A stretch of DNA of 64,000 nt from Eledone cirrhosa (lineage: Eukaryota), in the NCBI GenBank assembly GCA_964016885.1, contig OZ024743.1, positions 148,490,001 to 148,554,000 on the forward strand, read 5' to 3'. The translations under genes and the position numbers were made by a program. The notes under the pieces are model-generated. The model had not been told where the DNA came from. It searched no databases and saw only the letters and a program-made list of their open reading frames with translations. Of the stretch, positions 12,270-25,470 are shown piece by piece; within the stretch, counting starts at the first letter, position 1; every line of letters starts with the position of its first letter.

Positions 12270-12990
12270 CCTTCCAAGGGTGCATACTGTCACTCTCCTC
12301 TTCATTATTTTCATGAAGTACCAGTAATGCACTGGGTAATTGCTGGCCTTGTGCCTAAAGTAGAAACAATTATTTTCATGAACAGCCGGGTTGGAAGTGA
12401 TATCATGACAGGCAAGTGTAAAATCAGTTGGCTGGAATTTGCAAATGACTTAAGTACAAGAATTGCCGGAACTAATGCAGTAATGTGTCGGCTTCAGCAT
12501 TTGGTATTCAGGAGAAGGGAGGTAGGTGTAAAACCCAAACTTGCTTTCTTCAATTCGGTATTTGTGCCAAACCTTACATATGGTCATGAATCTAGAGTAA
12601 TGACTGAAAGGATATGATTGCTAATACAAGCAACCAAAATGGCGTTCCTCCAAAGGGACTCTGGAGTAACATTAGTTGATAGAGTATGTAGCTTGGAAAC
12701 AAAAAAGTCATTCCAGGTAGAGCAGCTACTTCTCCGAATTGAGAGATCACAGCCCCGATACTACGGGCATGTGGTTAGAATTTCTCAGAAAAGAATCGCT
12801 GGACAAATTTTAATGACAAAACGAACTGGCAAGGGACCTAGGGTTGACCCCTGCAAGATGTTTGGATAACATCCGTGAACATGGCTGGTTTTGCTTGGGG
12901 ATCCAGCCAGATCAGTTGGAGATGGTTACTACTGACAGGACATGCTGGAAGGAGAATTTGAGCACTCTGCCCCCATGACACTCTCAGGAA
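12270..12990 (+). pseudogene. Degenerate RTE LINE 3' fragment (Rex3/Expander-like C-terminus)
   Basis: QGCILS..LFIIFM, FVPNLTYGHES, IQATKMAFLQR, LLLRIERSQPRYYGHVVR. Contains stops and deletions. Confidence 0.8.
12318..12368 (+). mobile_element. 51-bp SINE 3' end inserted with a 14-bp target-site duplication
   Basis: ATTATTTTCATGAA at 12304-12317 and 12369-12382. The insert matches the SINE tail at 56127-56177. Confidence 0.8.
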
Positions 12991-13055
12991 TATGTGGACA
13001 AAGAAGAAGATATATATATATAGTTGTCTCAGCGAAAGTGGACGTCAAAGTGACA

Positions 13056-13141
<86 letters not shown>

Positions 13142-13291
13142 GCACACATCTATATTTCTTTTCTATTATAAGTTGATCCAATTTATGCAGCTTCATATGC
13201 AAATGAGATTAATCACCTCATTTACACAGACGAGAAAACTATATATTCTCGGCTGTCTTCTAGTCCAGCAGTCGCAAGCGGTGGGAGGGAT

Positions 13292-13331
13292 CGTCCTGAC
13301 GAAGGCCAGTTAAGCCTGAAATGCATAGACG
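13292..13331 (+). ncRNA. Minimal type I hammerhead ribozyme in a ~335-nt non-coding element (~13145-13485)
   Basis: CGTC-CTGACGA-AGGC(CAGTTAA)GCCT-GAAA-TGCA-TA-GACG. Palindromic stem III ATGCAT; extended pairing GCAAG/CTTGC and GTCCAG/CTGGAC. Confidence 0.85.
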
Positions 13332-13507
13332 GTTGTCCCCCTTGCTTCTACTGGACATCACCAGAAGGCGTTAACCTCCCTGTGTTTGCATAGCTACGGC
13401 TTCCTAAAACAGTATATCTTTGGAGATACGAAATTTCTATACATATTGTAAAAAGCTATGCTTGAAGCGAAATCTTATTTCTCATATATATAATAAATAA
13501 CACAGTA

Positions 13508-13579
13508 TAATTACCTCATTACCCGAGGTTTCCCGAATAGGACGAACACAAGAGACGTCCGCATTCGTTCGTCAGATGA
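13508..13579 (-). ncRNA. HHR-like motif with a long stem II (same family as 6759-6918)
   Basis: CTGACGA-A-CGAAT-GC-GGACG..CGTCC-T-ATTCG-G-GAAA-CCTC(GGGTAAT)GAG-GTA. Stem I has only about 2 bp. Confidence 0.62.
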
Positions 13580-13984
13580 AGCAATATAACATAGTGAGAT
13601 ATTTGAAAATAGCTTATCAAGAAAGGCTAAAATGTTTAACGGACAAAAAATATAAATAAAAGTAATAAGACAAAAAATATATAAAAATAAAAATAAAGGA
13701 ATATAGTGAGATGATGTGTGTATATGTACATACATATGTACATGTGTGTATATGTACAACTACATGTGTATAGTGAAAATATGTATGCGTAAGTACATAC
13801 ATGAGGGCAAATATATTGGTGTATGTGTGTATACACACGTATATATATGTTAAAAATAGAAATTGTAAAATAATGAAGTTTGCGTACATGCAGACGCAAA
13901 GACTAAGGGCTGATATACACATACAAACGTAAAAGGACGCACGCACACAAACATATATTCACGCAACCACATACATGTATATAA

Positions 13985-14168
13985 TTATTTTTACTTTCGG
14001 CACAAGGCCAGCAATTACCCAGTTCATTACTGGTACTCTATTTTATCGACCCGGTAAGGATGAAAGGTAAAGTTAACCTCGACGGGATTTGAACTCAGAC
14101 CGTAAAGGGACGTAACTATGCGGGAAAGCATGGCGTCCGACCCTCTATCGATACTGCCAGTTCACAGT
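13985..14168 (-). mobile_element. tRNA-derived SINE with a Meta/MESC-like central domain
   Basis: Reverse complement of 55987-56180. B box GAGTTCAAATCC; GAGGTTAACTTTACCTTTCATCCTTAC. Confidence 0.8.
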
Positions 14169-14426
14169 ATATAATATACACAGGGAAGGGAGTGTATAAA
14201 GTCATAGGCAGTCAGACGGAAGGTCGATACAAATATAAAATATGATGAATAAATGAAAAAATATATAAGATAAAAATAAAAAATAAAACATAATAAATAA
14301 TAAAAATTAAGGCAATGAGAAAGTAAGTGAGGGGTGTAATAGATAAAGCAATACTAGAAAAAACTAATAAGTAAAAAAAACATGCATACTCACGAACACG
14401 CTTACACACACATACATATATATATA

Positions 14427-15693
14427 CAGGGGTTGGACAAAATAATGGAAACACCTTAAAATTTCAAACAAATTTATTTTAATATAGGGTAGGACCGCCT
14501 TTGGCAGTAATTACAGCTTGAATTCTATGAAGTATGGACTCGTACAAAGTTTTAATTGTTTCCAAAGGAATCTTTGTCCATTCTTCAGCTAAAACAGTCT
14601 CCAGTTCTTGTAGTGATGATGGTGGAGGATATCGACTCCTTACTTGATTTTTCTAAAATGCACCATAAATGTTCAATAATATTGAGATCTGGGGACTGTG
14701 GTGGCCAGATAAGATGTTCAACTTCACTAGAATGTTCCTCGTGCCATTCAGTAACAACTTTAGCTGTGTGAATTGGTGCATTATCATCCTGAAAGATTGC
14801 GTTTCCCTCTGGAAACAGTTCCGCAACCATAGGATGAATTTGATCAGAGAAAATGCTTAAATAGTCTTGACTATTAATTCTGCCATGAAGGGAAACTATT
14901 GGGCCGGCGGATTTCCAAGATATAGTCCCCCAGATCATCACAGATCCTCTTCCATGTTTAACAGTTGGAAGAAGGCAGTCTGGGTCAAATGCTTCTTTTG
15001 GCTGTCTCCACACGTATACTCGGCCGGTGGTCAGAAATATGGTAAAGGATGACTCGTCCGAGAAAATAACATTCTTCCACTGCTCTAGGGACCAATTCTG
15101 TAGGTTTTTACTCCACTCTAAACGCTTTGTAGCATTTGTTTTTGAAAGTAGTGGTTTTCTGATTGCAGCCCTCCCGTGAAATCCGACTTTGTGCAGCTCC
15201 CGGCGAACAGTTTTTGTGGAAACTGGGTTCTCGAGGTGGTCATTAAGCTCTGCAGTAATTTTGGGAGCTGTATTTTTGTGATCCTTTCTAACAATTCGTG
15301 TAAGAGTCCGACGGTTCCTATCTGAAAGTTTTGGTTTTCTTCCGGAGTTTTGTTTCGACGAGGAGGTTTTTCCCTCTTTCTCAAAGGCTGCCATTACTTT
15401 CGAGACAGTACTTCTTGATACACCAAACATTTCGGCTGTTTTCGTTACGCTAGCGCCTGCAATACGAGCACCAACAATTTCACCTCTTTGAAAGTCCGAT
15501 AGATCTGTCATTGAATTTTAATTACCTTTTTCTGATGATATCTGAAAAGAAACAGCAATTTTAACAAAACATATTAAACAACACTAATAATAAATAAAAA
15601 AACATAAAAATAAACAAGCTTTTGACGGTTTTATAGATATTTCAACATTATGATGCTATGATGCAAGGTGTTTCCATTATTTTGTCCAACCCC

Positions 15694-15696
<3 letters not shown>
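14427..15696 (-). mobile_element. Full-length Tc1/mariner DNA transposon (1270 bp) with ~31-bp TIRs and a TA target duplication
   Basis: TA|CAGGGGTTGGACAAAATAATGGAAACACCTT ... AAGGTGTTTCCATTATTTTGTCCAACCCCCTG|TA. Confidence 0.95.
14479..15511 (-). pseudogene. Tc1-type transposase (DD36E) with one +1 frameshift near 14648; ~343 aa if repaired
   Basis: HTH N-terminus, GRKPK, FSDES, FQDDNAPIH, WPPQSPDLNIIE. The shifted frame continues QVRSRYPPPSSLQELE..AVITAKGGPTLY*. Confidence 0.92.
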
Positions 15697-15746
<50 letters not shown>

Positions 15747-15785
15747 AATACACATACATACATATATATACACATATATACACAT

Positions 15786-15832
<47 letters not shown>

Positions 15833-15849
15833 CACGTACACACGCGACC

Positions 15850-15886
<37 letters not shown>

Positions 15887-16270
15887 TATGAAAACACATA
15901 TATATACACGCACATACACATATATATATACACACATACATGCACACATACAAATGCGTTCGTATATATATACATACACACATACGTACATATACACACA
16001 TACGCATACATACATATATAAATCAACAATCATATGAATAATTGGGTACAAAATATACACAAGTTTACATACATTAATACGACTGAGGGACAACGAAAAA
16101 ATCTGGAGTTAAAAACACAAGTGACATGTAATGTCTGAAAGTTAAAGTAAAAGGGGAAGTAAAATAAATATAATTATTATATAATTGTTAAAATATATCG
16201 TTAATGAGTATCAAAAAGAAGGGGCGGGGATCAACTAGTGGATGTAAAGTAAATATCTATATATTTATAA

Positions 16271-16612
16271 GGAGGCACATGGCTTAGTGGTTAGAGCATT
16301 GGTCTTGCAATCGAAAGATTGTGAGTTCCATTCTCAGACCGGGTGATGTGTTGTTTCCTTGAGCAAGACACTTTATTTCACATTGCTCCAGTTTACTCAG
16401 CTGTAGAACTGAGATGATAGGGACTGGGGTCCCTATCATTCCACTGCAAAGTGGTCGTGGATGTGCCATGGAAAAAAACACCCAGCCCTCACTGTAAATG
16501 AGGTTGGTGTTAGGAAGGGCATCCAACTGTAGAAATCAAGCCAGAATCAGTTCCTGTCCCACCCTTGCAAACAGGGAAAAGCGGACGTAAAATGAAAAAA
16601 AATGAAAATGAT
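16271..16612 (+). mobile_element. Full-length tRNA-derived CORE-like SINE with RTE-derived 3' tail
   Basis: A box TGGCTTAGTGG, B box GAGTTCCATTC, CORE-like CCTTGAGCAAGACACTT..CAGTTTACTCAGCTGTA. The tail matches the RTE 3'UTR at 45813-46066. Confidence 0.85.
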
Positions 16613-16875
16613 ATATATTCATACACATGTACATCTCTAAATGTACAACTTCTCTCTCAGACACACACAAACATATATATATATATTTGAAATGCATTTG
16701 TGCCAGTACAAATGACTATAGCAATAGTTGCTTGCAATAAATAATAGCTGAGAATATTGGATAACATATCCTCAGATACACAGTGTCTGTATAAAAGATG
16801 GTATACTCATATGTGTGATTGATTGGAAGTGTTATTCATATGGTGGCTAATGCTGCTACTACTACTACTACTACA

Positions 16876-16909
<34 letters not shown>

Positions 16910-16954
16910 TTCCTGCTACTATATGTCTACTACTGCTATGACTACTATTACTAA

Positions 16955-17147
16955 TATTGGTTTCTGATTTAGGCACAAAGCCAACAATTTGACACCACTG
17001 CATTACTGGTACTTTATTTTATCGACCCCATAAGGGTGAAATCAAAGCTAACCTCGGTGGGATCTAAACTCAGAATGTAAAGGTTAGTAACTATATCCTG
17101 CAAAGCAGGGTTTCCGATGCTCTACCGATACTACCAATCCACAGCCC
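16955..17147 (-). mobile_element. tRNA-derived SINE (Meta/MESC-like), diverged
   Basis: Similar to 13985-14168. Confidence 0.7.
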
Positions 17148-17582
17148 TGCTACTATTACTACTACTACTAATAATAATAATAATGATAATAATAATAACT
17201 AGTCCAATTAAAGTGAAGAGTAGAATAGAAAAATTACGAAAAAAAAGGAATGCATTGAAAAAATTTTAAGAATTTTGCATGAATTTTGGAAATTATCACT
17301 TTGCTCTGTAAAATATTTAATTTTGTCCGAATAAATAGTTTCATTTTTTATTTGTTAATTTAGTTCTACCTATTCACACACATATATATATATACATATT
17401 TTTGTTTATCATTGTGTCAATATTTTCTGCTGCAATCTTGGAATTTAAACATAAGATCTAATCCATATATTTCATTTTTGAAATTTTAGAATTGAAAATT
17501 CTTGCTTTGCTATCTGCTCTTATTCTACAGGCAACAAAAATTCCATGCATATATATATATATATATATACACACACATACAT

Positions 17583-17613
<31 letters not shown>

Positions 17614-18334
17614 CATACATATATATATATAATAGGTGTGTATGCGTGCATGTGTATGTCTGGGTGTAAGTAAATAAGCTGTGTAAAAGAAATAAGGAAC
17701 ATAATTTGTAAACAAAAAATAATTAAATTAAATAATTGCCAATATTTGCTAACCCCTTTTATATATTTATTTTTTTAAATATTACTCTGTCAGAATTTTT
17801 ACAGATTAACACTGAAAATGAATAAAGAATGATTTGGAAATATATTTAGTTTTGTTTACATATTTAGTACAGTGAATGCAATCAATGCCCATAGCTATTG
17901 CAGTTCCTTTGAGAATGGTGAGACCAATATGGTTTGTACTCAGCTGGAAGCTTATTTAAGGAAAATGAAGCAGAAAGTAAAATGATATAAAATAAAAAGA
18001 TGAGTCAATAAACGAACCTCTATATGGTTGCCTGACCTGTTAGTAATTACAGCTAACATACACCATATCTGAAAAAATAAAAGAAATGAAACACTGAATA
18101 ACAAGTTTCTAGATATACTAATATTATATTATTTTATTATTTTACTGGTTTTACTCATTTGTCTGTGGCCACACTCAGGCATCAAACTCTTGCAATTTAG
18201 TCAATCATATCCACCACATGATTTATTTTTTCCCGTCTGGTACTTATTTTAGCAAGTTCTATTTTTCAAATCGTTAACTTATGGAACTTAAACAAACAGT
18301 AAATATAAACAGAGACACAGCCAGGCACACATGC

Positions 18335-18490
18335 ATATATACAGTTTCCATCTACCAAATTTGACTTACAAGCTATTATTCAACCCAAGGATATAGTAGA
18401 AGACCCTTGTCCAAGGTGCTATGCAGTTGCACTGAACCTAAGACCATATCATTGCAAAGCAACCTCCTTAACTACATGGCAATGTCTGCT
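18335..18490 (-). mobile_element. Old tRNA-derived SINE (related copy at ~23362-23500, +)
   Basis: Minus strand: GCCATGTAGTTAAG..GGTTCAGTGC..CACCTTGGACAAG..AAATTTGGTAGATGGAAACTG. Confidence 0.5.
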
Positions 18491-21214
18491 TATAGAAAAT
18501 GGATGCAATGATCAAGGCAGCAATTCTTTTGGTCATTTAATCACAGGTCTACTCAATCAGGGCTAACATAGTGTATCTCTCACAACAGATATGGCTGTTC
18601 AATTTTCCTCAAGTAAGTACCTCTTTATAAGCAGTTCATTGTTCCAGGGAGCCTGCGATACCTAATTTGTAGAATTTTGTAACAGTGCATGTTTTCCAAA
18701 CACATTCCAAACATTTCAAAACCTGCTAAAAAATGCAACAGAACAAATGAAATAAAATATAAAGCACAGATAAGCTTCATGGTAATGATGATAATTATGA
18801 CAAAGACAACAGCAATGATGATGATAATGATGATGATAGCAATGATGATGACAGTGATGATATTATTGGAGATGGTGATGAGAACTAATGGAATTGGAGA
18901 AAGAGATGAAAAGGAAGTAGAACGGAGTCCACACATCCATAGTGAACATTCCAAAGCAAATTAGATAGTTGCTGGTCAGCTCTGATTAGACCAACATCAT
19001 TAAAAGAGATTCCAGTCAAAACAATCTTGTCTTTTACTTGTCCATCAGATATTGAGTTGTATATTATCCACTGTGTCCCTTCATTTTCAAAATGTTAGTC
19101 TGTATCTTAAATGAGATTTGGTAGCTATTTCTACAAGGTCAAGTAATTATGTAGAACCTTCTTTGTTAGCTTGAAATATGCTAGATATATACAGGGGCAG
19201 AAGTTGTAAATATGAGGTGATGACTATAGAATTCTAATTGTAGGTGCAGCATGTACTAGAGCTATAGGAAGATGTTGTCATGGGTGAAATAGTATTGTAA
19301 TTATTCAGACATTACACTTATATCTCTATTAATTTTCATCCTACCATTGTAAACTGTTGATAACAAAACAATCTTTACTTATTCCAATCCACAAAACCAA
19401 ACAGCTCCTATCCCTTACTTCAAGCTTATAAAGATTATCATTTAAAAAGGCATCCAATGTTATAACATTTCTGTTCCAACAAATGCAAAGCAGCTGTCAT
19501 TTGGTAGAAAGTACAAAACCATGAGAGTAAAGGAAAATAATCATAATATAAAAATGCCTCAGAATTAAATCAAACAAAAAACATTTGTTTTTCTTGGTTG
19601 CATCAATCAATACTTACATTTCATCGAAATTCCTCTAAAAAGATATTTTATCATACTTTATTTTCAGATTAAGATATTCAAAGAGAGTAAGAATTGTACC
19701 TGACTTAGCCAGCAGGCAAGATAAGTTTCCATTCTGAAACTGTTTTCTGCTGTAACATAGGTAAACATTTAAATTTTGTTAGAAAGTGAAATATGGAAAT
19801 ATGCTGTGGAATTCTAATTAGCTTTTAAGCTGTGATTTGAAAGAAACTCAGCATTAATTTAGAAATTGATTCTGTTTTACCTTTGTCATATGCTAGTGGT
19901 TTAGTGTGGGGTTGTTTTGTTGTTTTATTACATATTTTCATATTTGTTTTTGATAGATATATGCTGGTGGCTATAAATGCGAAGTATTGGTGGTGGTGAA
20001 GATGACAGTTACTATGGTGCCTGTGATTATAGTTACATATTGTAAACTGTTAGAGGAGTGTGGGTTGAATAATGATGTAGCTGTTATAGTTTAGTAAAGA
20101 AATGATTTTAGAAGAATGTTATGTTAGGCATGATAAATATATAAAATCAGTATCTAGAAACATTTGATTTTCTTTGTTTATCTTGGCAAAAACCAGGTTA
20201 TTTTATTTTGCCCTTTATTGTAATTCCATCTACATCTAGAATGCATTATGAGAATATAAATTGATCCTTTCTTTATTAAGATGAACCTTACTGTGAGTCA
20301 GATGTATGTGAATTTTTTAGTTAATTGATAGCATTTATCTATATATTATCATTGACCATCAGTTTCACTTACACAGAGTTCAATCAATGGAGAATTTGCA
20401 TTCCATGTCCTTGAAAGATTTAATAGAAGCAAAGTATTTGTTATATTTTTGGAGGATCATGCGGCCAACAAAAATGAGCTTCAATTAGTTTTTAACATGA
20501 ATCAGATAACTTAACTTTAAATCCTGATAAGGTTTCCCTTCCCCTTCAAATTGCTGGGCTTGAGCCAAAAGTAGAAACAATTATCAATCAGATAACTAAT
20601 CCTGTAATTGGTTGGTATACCACATTTCTACAAATGAACTAGAAATGTTGTATAATGTATAAGGTACAGAGAACGTTGTAAGAACATTATAACAATGTAC
20701 ATAGGAGAAACAGCCTGTATATAAGATCACAGGCAGGAATTCAAAAACAAGAATAACTCATCAGTGCTCTACCAACATACTAAATTTGAGCATGGTGCCT
20801 CACTGGAAAACATGGAAGTGAAAGTGCTATCCACATACTGGAACAATGCAAAGTTTAAACAAGTTAAAGAAGCCACCCATAAAGTAGTAACTAAACATAA
20901 CCCCAATAGAATGCAGAAGAGTAGCAACAGCCCCTAGTGACGGATGACACAATTTTAATGACACATAGGAACAGAGACACAGGGATTCACAGAGATAGGG
21001 GAGTACAGAGATATGAATGAGTGTATGCACATGTATATATGTATATAGATAAAAACTAAGGAGCATGAGTATTTATCTTATTTATTAAATTACTGTATTT
21101 TACAACTGTTTCAATGACCAGACTTTACTCAGCAAGCTTAAATAAGAAATTTCATATACTTAATTTTATTATTACTTCCGAATATGAGATTTTTTTAAAT
21201 CTCAAAAGTGAAAT

Positions 21215-22520
21215 ATGTACTTCTGCTGTTGTCTCATTAGAAAAATGGCATCAGTAGTGCCTCTTGCCAGCATAAAACCAAATTGCATTTCATTATGGCA
21301 AAGCTGTTTAGGGACATAATTAATCTTGAGGAGATGCAGTTGGCTTTATGCTAGGAAGAAGCACTACTGATGCCATCTTCCTAGTGAGACAACTGCAGGA
21401 GTACATAGCTATATAAAACACCTAAATTTAGTATTTAAAAGCATCTAAAGCTCTGTAATGTTGTGGATACCCAGGAAACTAATGATAGATGAATAGTTTA
21501 AGACAGTTGTACAAGCCATGTACAGAAGTACAGTCAGCAATGTGAGAGCTAACAATGAGTACAGTAACAAATTTAGCATACAAGAAGGTGTCCACCAAGG
21601 ATCAATTCTCAGTCACCTCTTGTTCATTATCGTCTTCTTTGCCATAGCAGAAGAATTCAAGACTGGATGTTCATGAGAACTTTTGAAATCTGATTATCTA
21701 AGACTCAGCAAAAACTCTATAAGTACTAGCGCAGAAGTTTCAAACATTACAACAAAATATGGAACTAAAGGGCCTTAAAGTAAACTTAGCAAAGACTAAA
21801 GTTTAGTCAGTAGGAGAGACAATAGGACGTTGATACCCTCAGGTAAATGGCCATACTCAATATGCCAAAAAGGAGTAGGTAGAAACTCCATATGGTGTAC
21901 CTAGTGTGGACAGTGAATGCATAAGTCATGTAGTGGGATCACATACAGGTAGGTTGACATACAGGTAGACTTCATATGTGATAAGTGCATAGTAGCAATC
22001 AATGGGACAGGTACTCAGGAACTGAATTTCTGAAAATGAGATAAAAAGAACTGAATTTCTGAAAATGAGATAAAAAGAAATGAAGTATGTATGCTTCACT
22101 GGATGTGTAATATTAGTGTGTGTGAATGAAAGCATAAGTGAGCTGACAGAAAAACTGATTCAACATAAAGCAAAAAGCTTATCTACCAGTATAAATATTG
22201 TGACACTAAAAGTAAAAGTAAACATGAGGAGAGACTGAAGGCTATAGTGTTGGTGATCAAACAGAAACAATAGTTTTTGAGAGAACTGTTCAGTCTGGAT
22301 GAACATTTCATGATTTTGCTAGTGTGGGTGCCATGACAGAACAAACCCAGTACAGTCTGTAAATTGCTAGTTGTGTTGCTAGTTGGTGCTATGGTGGGAA
22401 TTCAGCTGTAGAATTTATGTCAAATATGGAATGAATGGACAAGATAAGGTTGCTCCAAACCATTTGGTCTCAGACTATGCAGGCATGGAAAGCAGACTTA
22501 ATATGATGAAGGTGATGTAC
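21215..22520 (+). pseudogene. Degenerate RTE LINE fragment with an inverted 5' segment (21217-21290)
   Basis: EMQ..GRSTTDAIFLVRQLQE, VHQGSILS.LLFII, GLKVNLAKTK, KWP..CQKGVGRNSI. Many stops. Confidence 0.8.
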
Positions 22521-22883
22521 ATGTATATATTTCAATGAAAACATCTTAGGATTAGAACTTGACTTCCAGTAATTAGAAGATATTAGAAAATTAATCATTC
22601 TAGAAGCATACATATCTTGGAGGCACGTTATCTAAAGAATAATTTCAATTATTGAATATCTACTTGCAGACTATCATTCCAGAAACTTTACTAAATAAAT
22701 CATAAAGCTGAATATGCTATGAATTTAACAAATCCTGTAACATCAACAACAAGAACAATATCGACAACAGAAACAATAACGAGTAGAACATTTGTGAGGA
22801 CACAGACATTTTAATCTAATATAATGAAAACTAGAATGTCTTTCTATAAAACTCAATTTTTCTGTAGTTTTGTCCAATTTGCT

Positions 22884-22928
<45 letters not shown>

Positions 22929-23537
22929 ACTTTATTCTTTTCTCTTTAGTTTCTGTTTTTCTCTAGTTCTGCTCTCATATTTTTATTGTTGTTGTTTATT
23001 TTGTTTTAGATGGTGAGATGAAGTGAGCTGGCTGTAACAAGAGTAGTCTACAGTAGACTGTTTTGACATCATATTTCTGTTATTTACTTTATTTATACTG
23101 TTTAGTCCCAAGTCAGCCTTGATTGAGTAAACCACTGCATAAACACATTCCTGCCATGACCAACTTCCTGTTTTAGCAATCCTGTTTCATATTTAGACAT
23201 GGTGCATCCAGGACCAAATTATCCAATATGTAATTTACAGCATGTGTTTTAATAACCATACTCATTTGTTAATTTGTGAATCCTAAAGTTAGAAACAGTG
23301 AAATTGAGCCTGGTGAACTATGAACTCAATAAATATATTTATAAGAAATTAAATATTATGGACACAGGCATAGCTGTTGGATTAAGAAGTTTTCTTCACA
23401 AGCACATAGCAATGAGCTTCAAGCAAACAGTAGCTGAAAGAACTGTCTTATAATCTAGTCTTGAATTAACCAATACCTTTTTATGAGAATTTAATGGACG
23501 GCATATGTGCCATCATCATATATGTCATCATCATATG

Positions 23538-23890
23538 TGTCATCATCATCATCATCATCATCACCATTTTACGTCCATTCTTCCATGCTAACATGGGTTA
23601 GACGGGTTGTGTTGTTGTGGGAAATGCTAGGTTGGGTGACCTTGTCTTGCCCATACAGGAACTGATTTTGGCTTGATTTCTACAGCTAGATCTACTTCCT
23701 AACAGCAACCTCATTTACTGTGAGTACTGGGTGCTTTTTACTATGGTGCCTACATGACCACTTTACAGTATGGGCTGGGTGCTTTTTTATCATGACACCT
23801 CCTCAACCACTTTGCAGTGGAAGGGGGTGGGGTGGGGACATATTGTCTATATATTTCAGCTTCAGCTTGTACCCATGGGAAGTTGAGTCT
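23538..23890 (-). mobile_element. RTE 3'UTR fragment
   Basis: Reverse complement of 45745-46085 with a (CAT)n tail. Confidence 0.75.
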
Positions 23891-23958
23891 TCTGTATTAC
23901 TGCTTGATGCCAGAGGTCATGGTCCTGTGTCATCACCTTCGAGATGTGCAATTGGGCA

Positions 23959-24072
<114 letters not shown>

Positions 24073-25256
24073 GTTTTTGTGTGTGTTTTGCAAGATTATT
24101 GATGTGAAATCGTGTGATAACAGTTATGCACTGAGTTTGATTCAATCAACTTTTCTCTACCCTAAAATTGTTGGCCTTGTGCCTCAATCAGGAACCAATA
24201 TAATAAGTTCAACACTTTATTTCTGTCAGGTCATCACCTCAATTATTATTGAAATCAATTCACATTAAATATTCTGGCATAGATTAGAATGGCTTTTCTT
24301 GATCTTGTGTCATCTCAGCTCTTCTGACTAGGGTCCTAATATCTGGTCTTACTACTTCTTCTCCCATCGAACTTGAACCTTCTCTTACATAAGTTACATC
24401 CCCTATTAGACAGCAGAGGTTCTCTAATTGCATCTCCTGTTCACATCACCAGAAATTGAGTAAGGAAATTAATTCTTGGTATTAGATTTATTTACAAATT
24501 TGAAACCACCAAAGAGAAAGAGACATATTAATAAGATTCAAATTGCATATAACACTTATCATTTAATCACCTCAAATTAGATAATCGTATTATTCAATAT
24601 AATCGTATTATATTGAATATAATACGATGTCACTCTCACAACAAAAACAACCTGATCTATGAATCGAATTAAAGAACGACAAGCTGTGATGTTATAGCAT
24701 GGTTCACCAGGCACCCAATGTTGAATCATCGTGGATTGTGAGATGGGCATGTAGTCTATAAATTGCGTTTCCCGGATTGTGAGAGTGGTGGTGTGTACGA
24801 GGACAGTGGTGCTGTTTTGCTTCTCATTTGTAATATTTTTGATATTTTTGGTGTTTCTCCACACACGGGCTTCTATATCGTACAGGTGTGTGTAAATAAT
24901 GCTTAACCAGTTCACCCCCATGATGCTCTTGATTGCCTGCTTTGACTGCTTGTTTTACTTGTAACAATCTGCCGCACTATAATCTTGTATAAATAGGACA
25001 CGCGTGCATGCCACACGTGTGACTGTTGCATACACTTGCTACTCAAAATTTTCCTTTTGCTTTATCTTAGTAGACTGCCAATGTTTTATTTTTATTTTAA
25101 TTTTGTCCTTTAATATGACTGTAATCTTTGTATGTAAATTACCATGCTATATTATTATAATGGATGTCAACCCACTGTGGGTCAATATATACATATGTTT
25201 CTATATGTCTCTTGTGTTGAAAAGGAGGTCAAGTATGTTAAAAATTACTGAATAAT

Positions 25257-25303
25257 TGCTCCGAAGACTCCAAACCTCGGTTTGGAAGAAACAATTGTAA
25301 GCA
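25257..25303 (+). ncRNA. Candidate minimal HHR with a U4C core change
   Basis: TGCT-CCGAAGA-C-TCCAAAC(CTCG)GTTTGGA-A-GAAA-CAATTG-TA-AGCA, with palindromic stem III ACAATTGT. Confidence 0.6.
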
Positions 25304-25470
25304 GATAAAACAGAACTTTGTTTCATGTAATCTCTCTATATATATATATGTATGTATATATATATGTATGTATATATATATGTATGTATATATATATATA
25401 TGTATGTATGTATATATAAATGTATGTATGTATATATGTATGTATGTATATATATATGTATGTATATATA

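Noticed and set aside
19618-19749. RNFDEI resembling orcokinin (NFDEIDR)
   Set aside because: It depends on hypothetical splicing, and there is no dibasic site, repeat or signal peptide.
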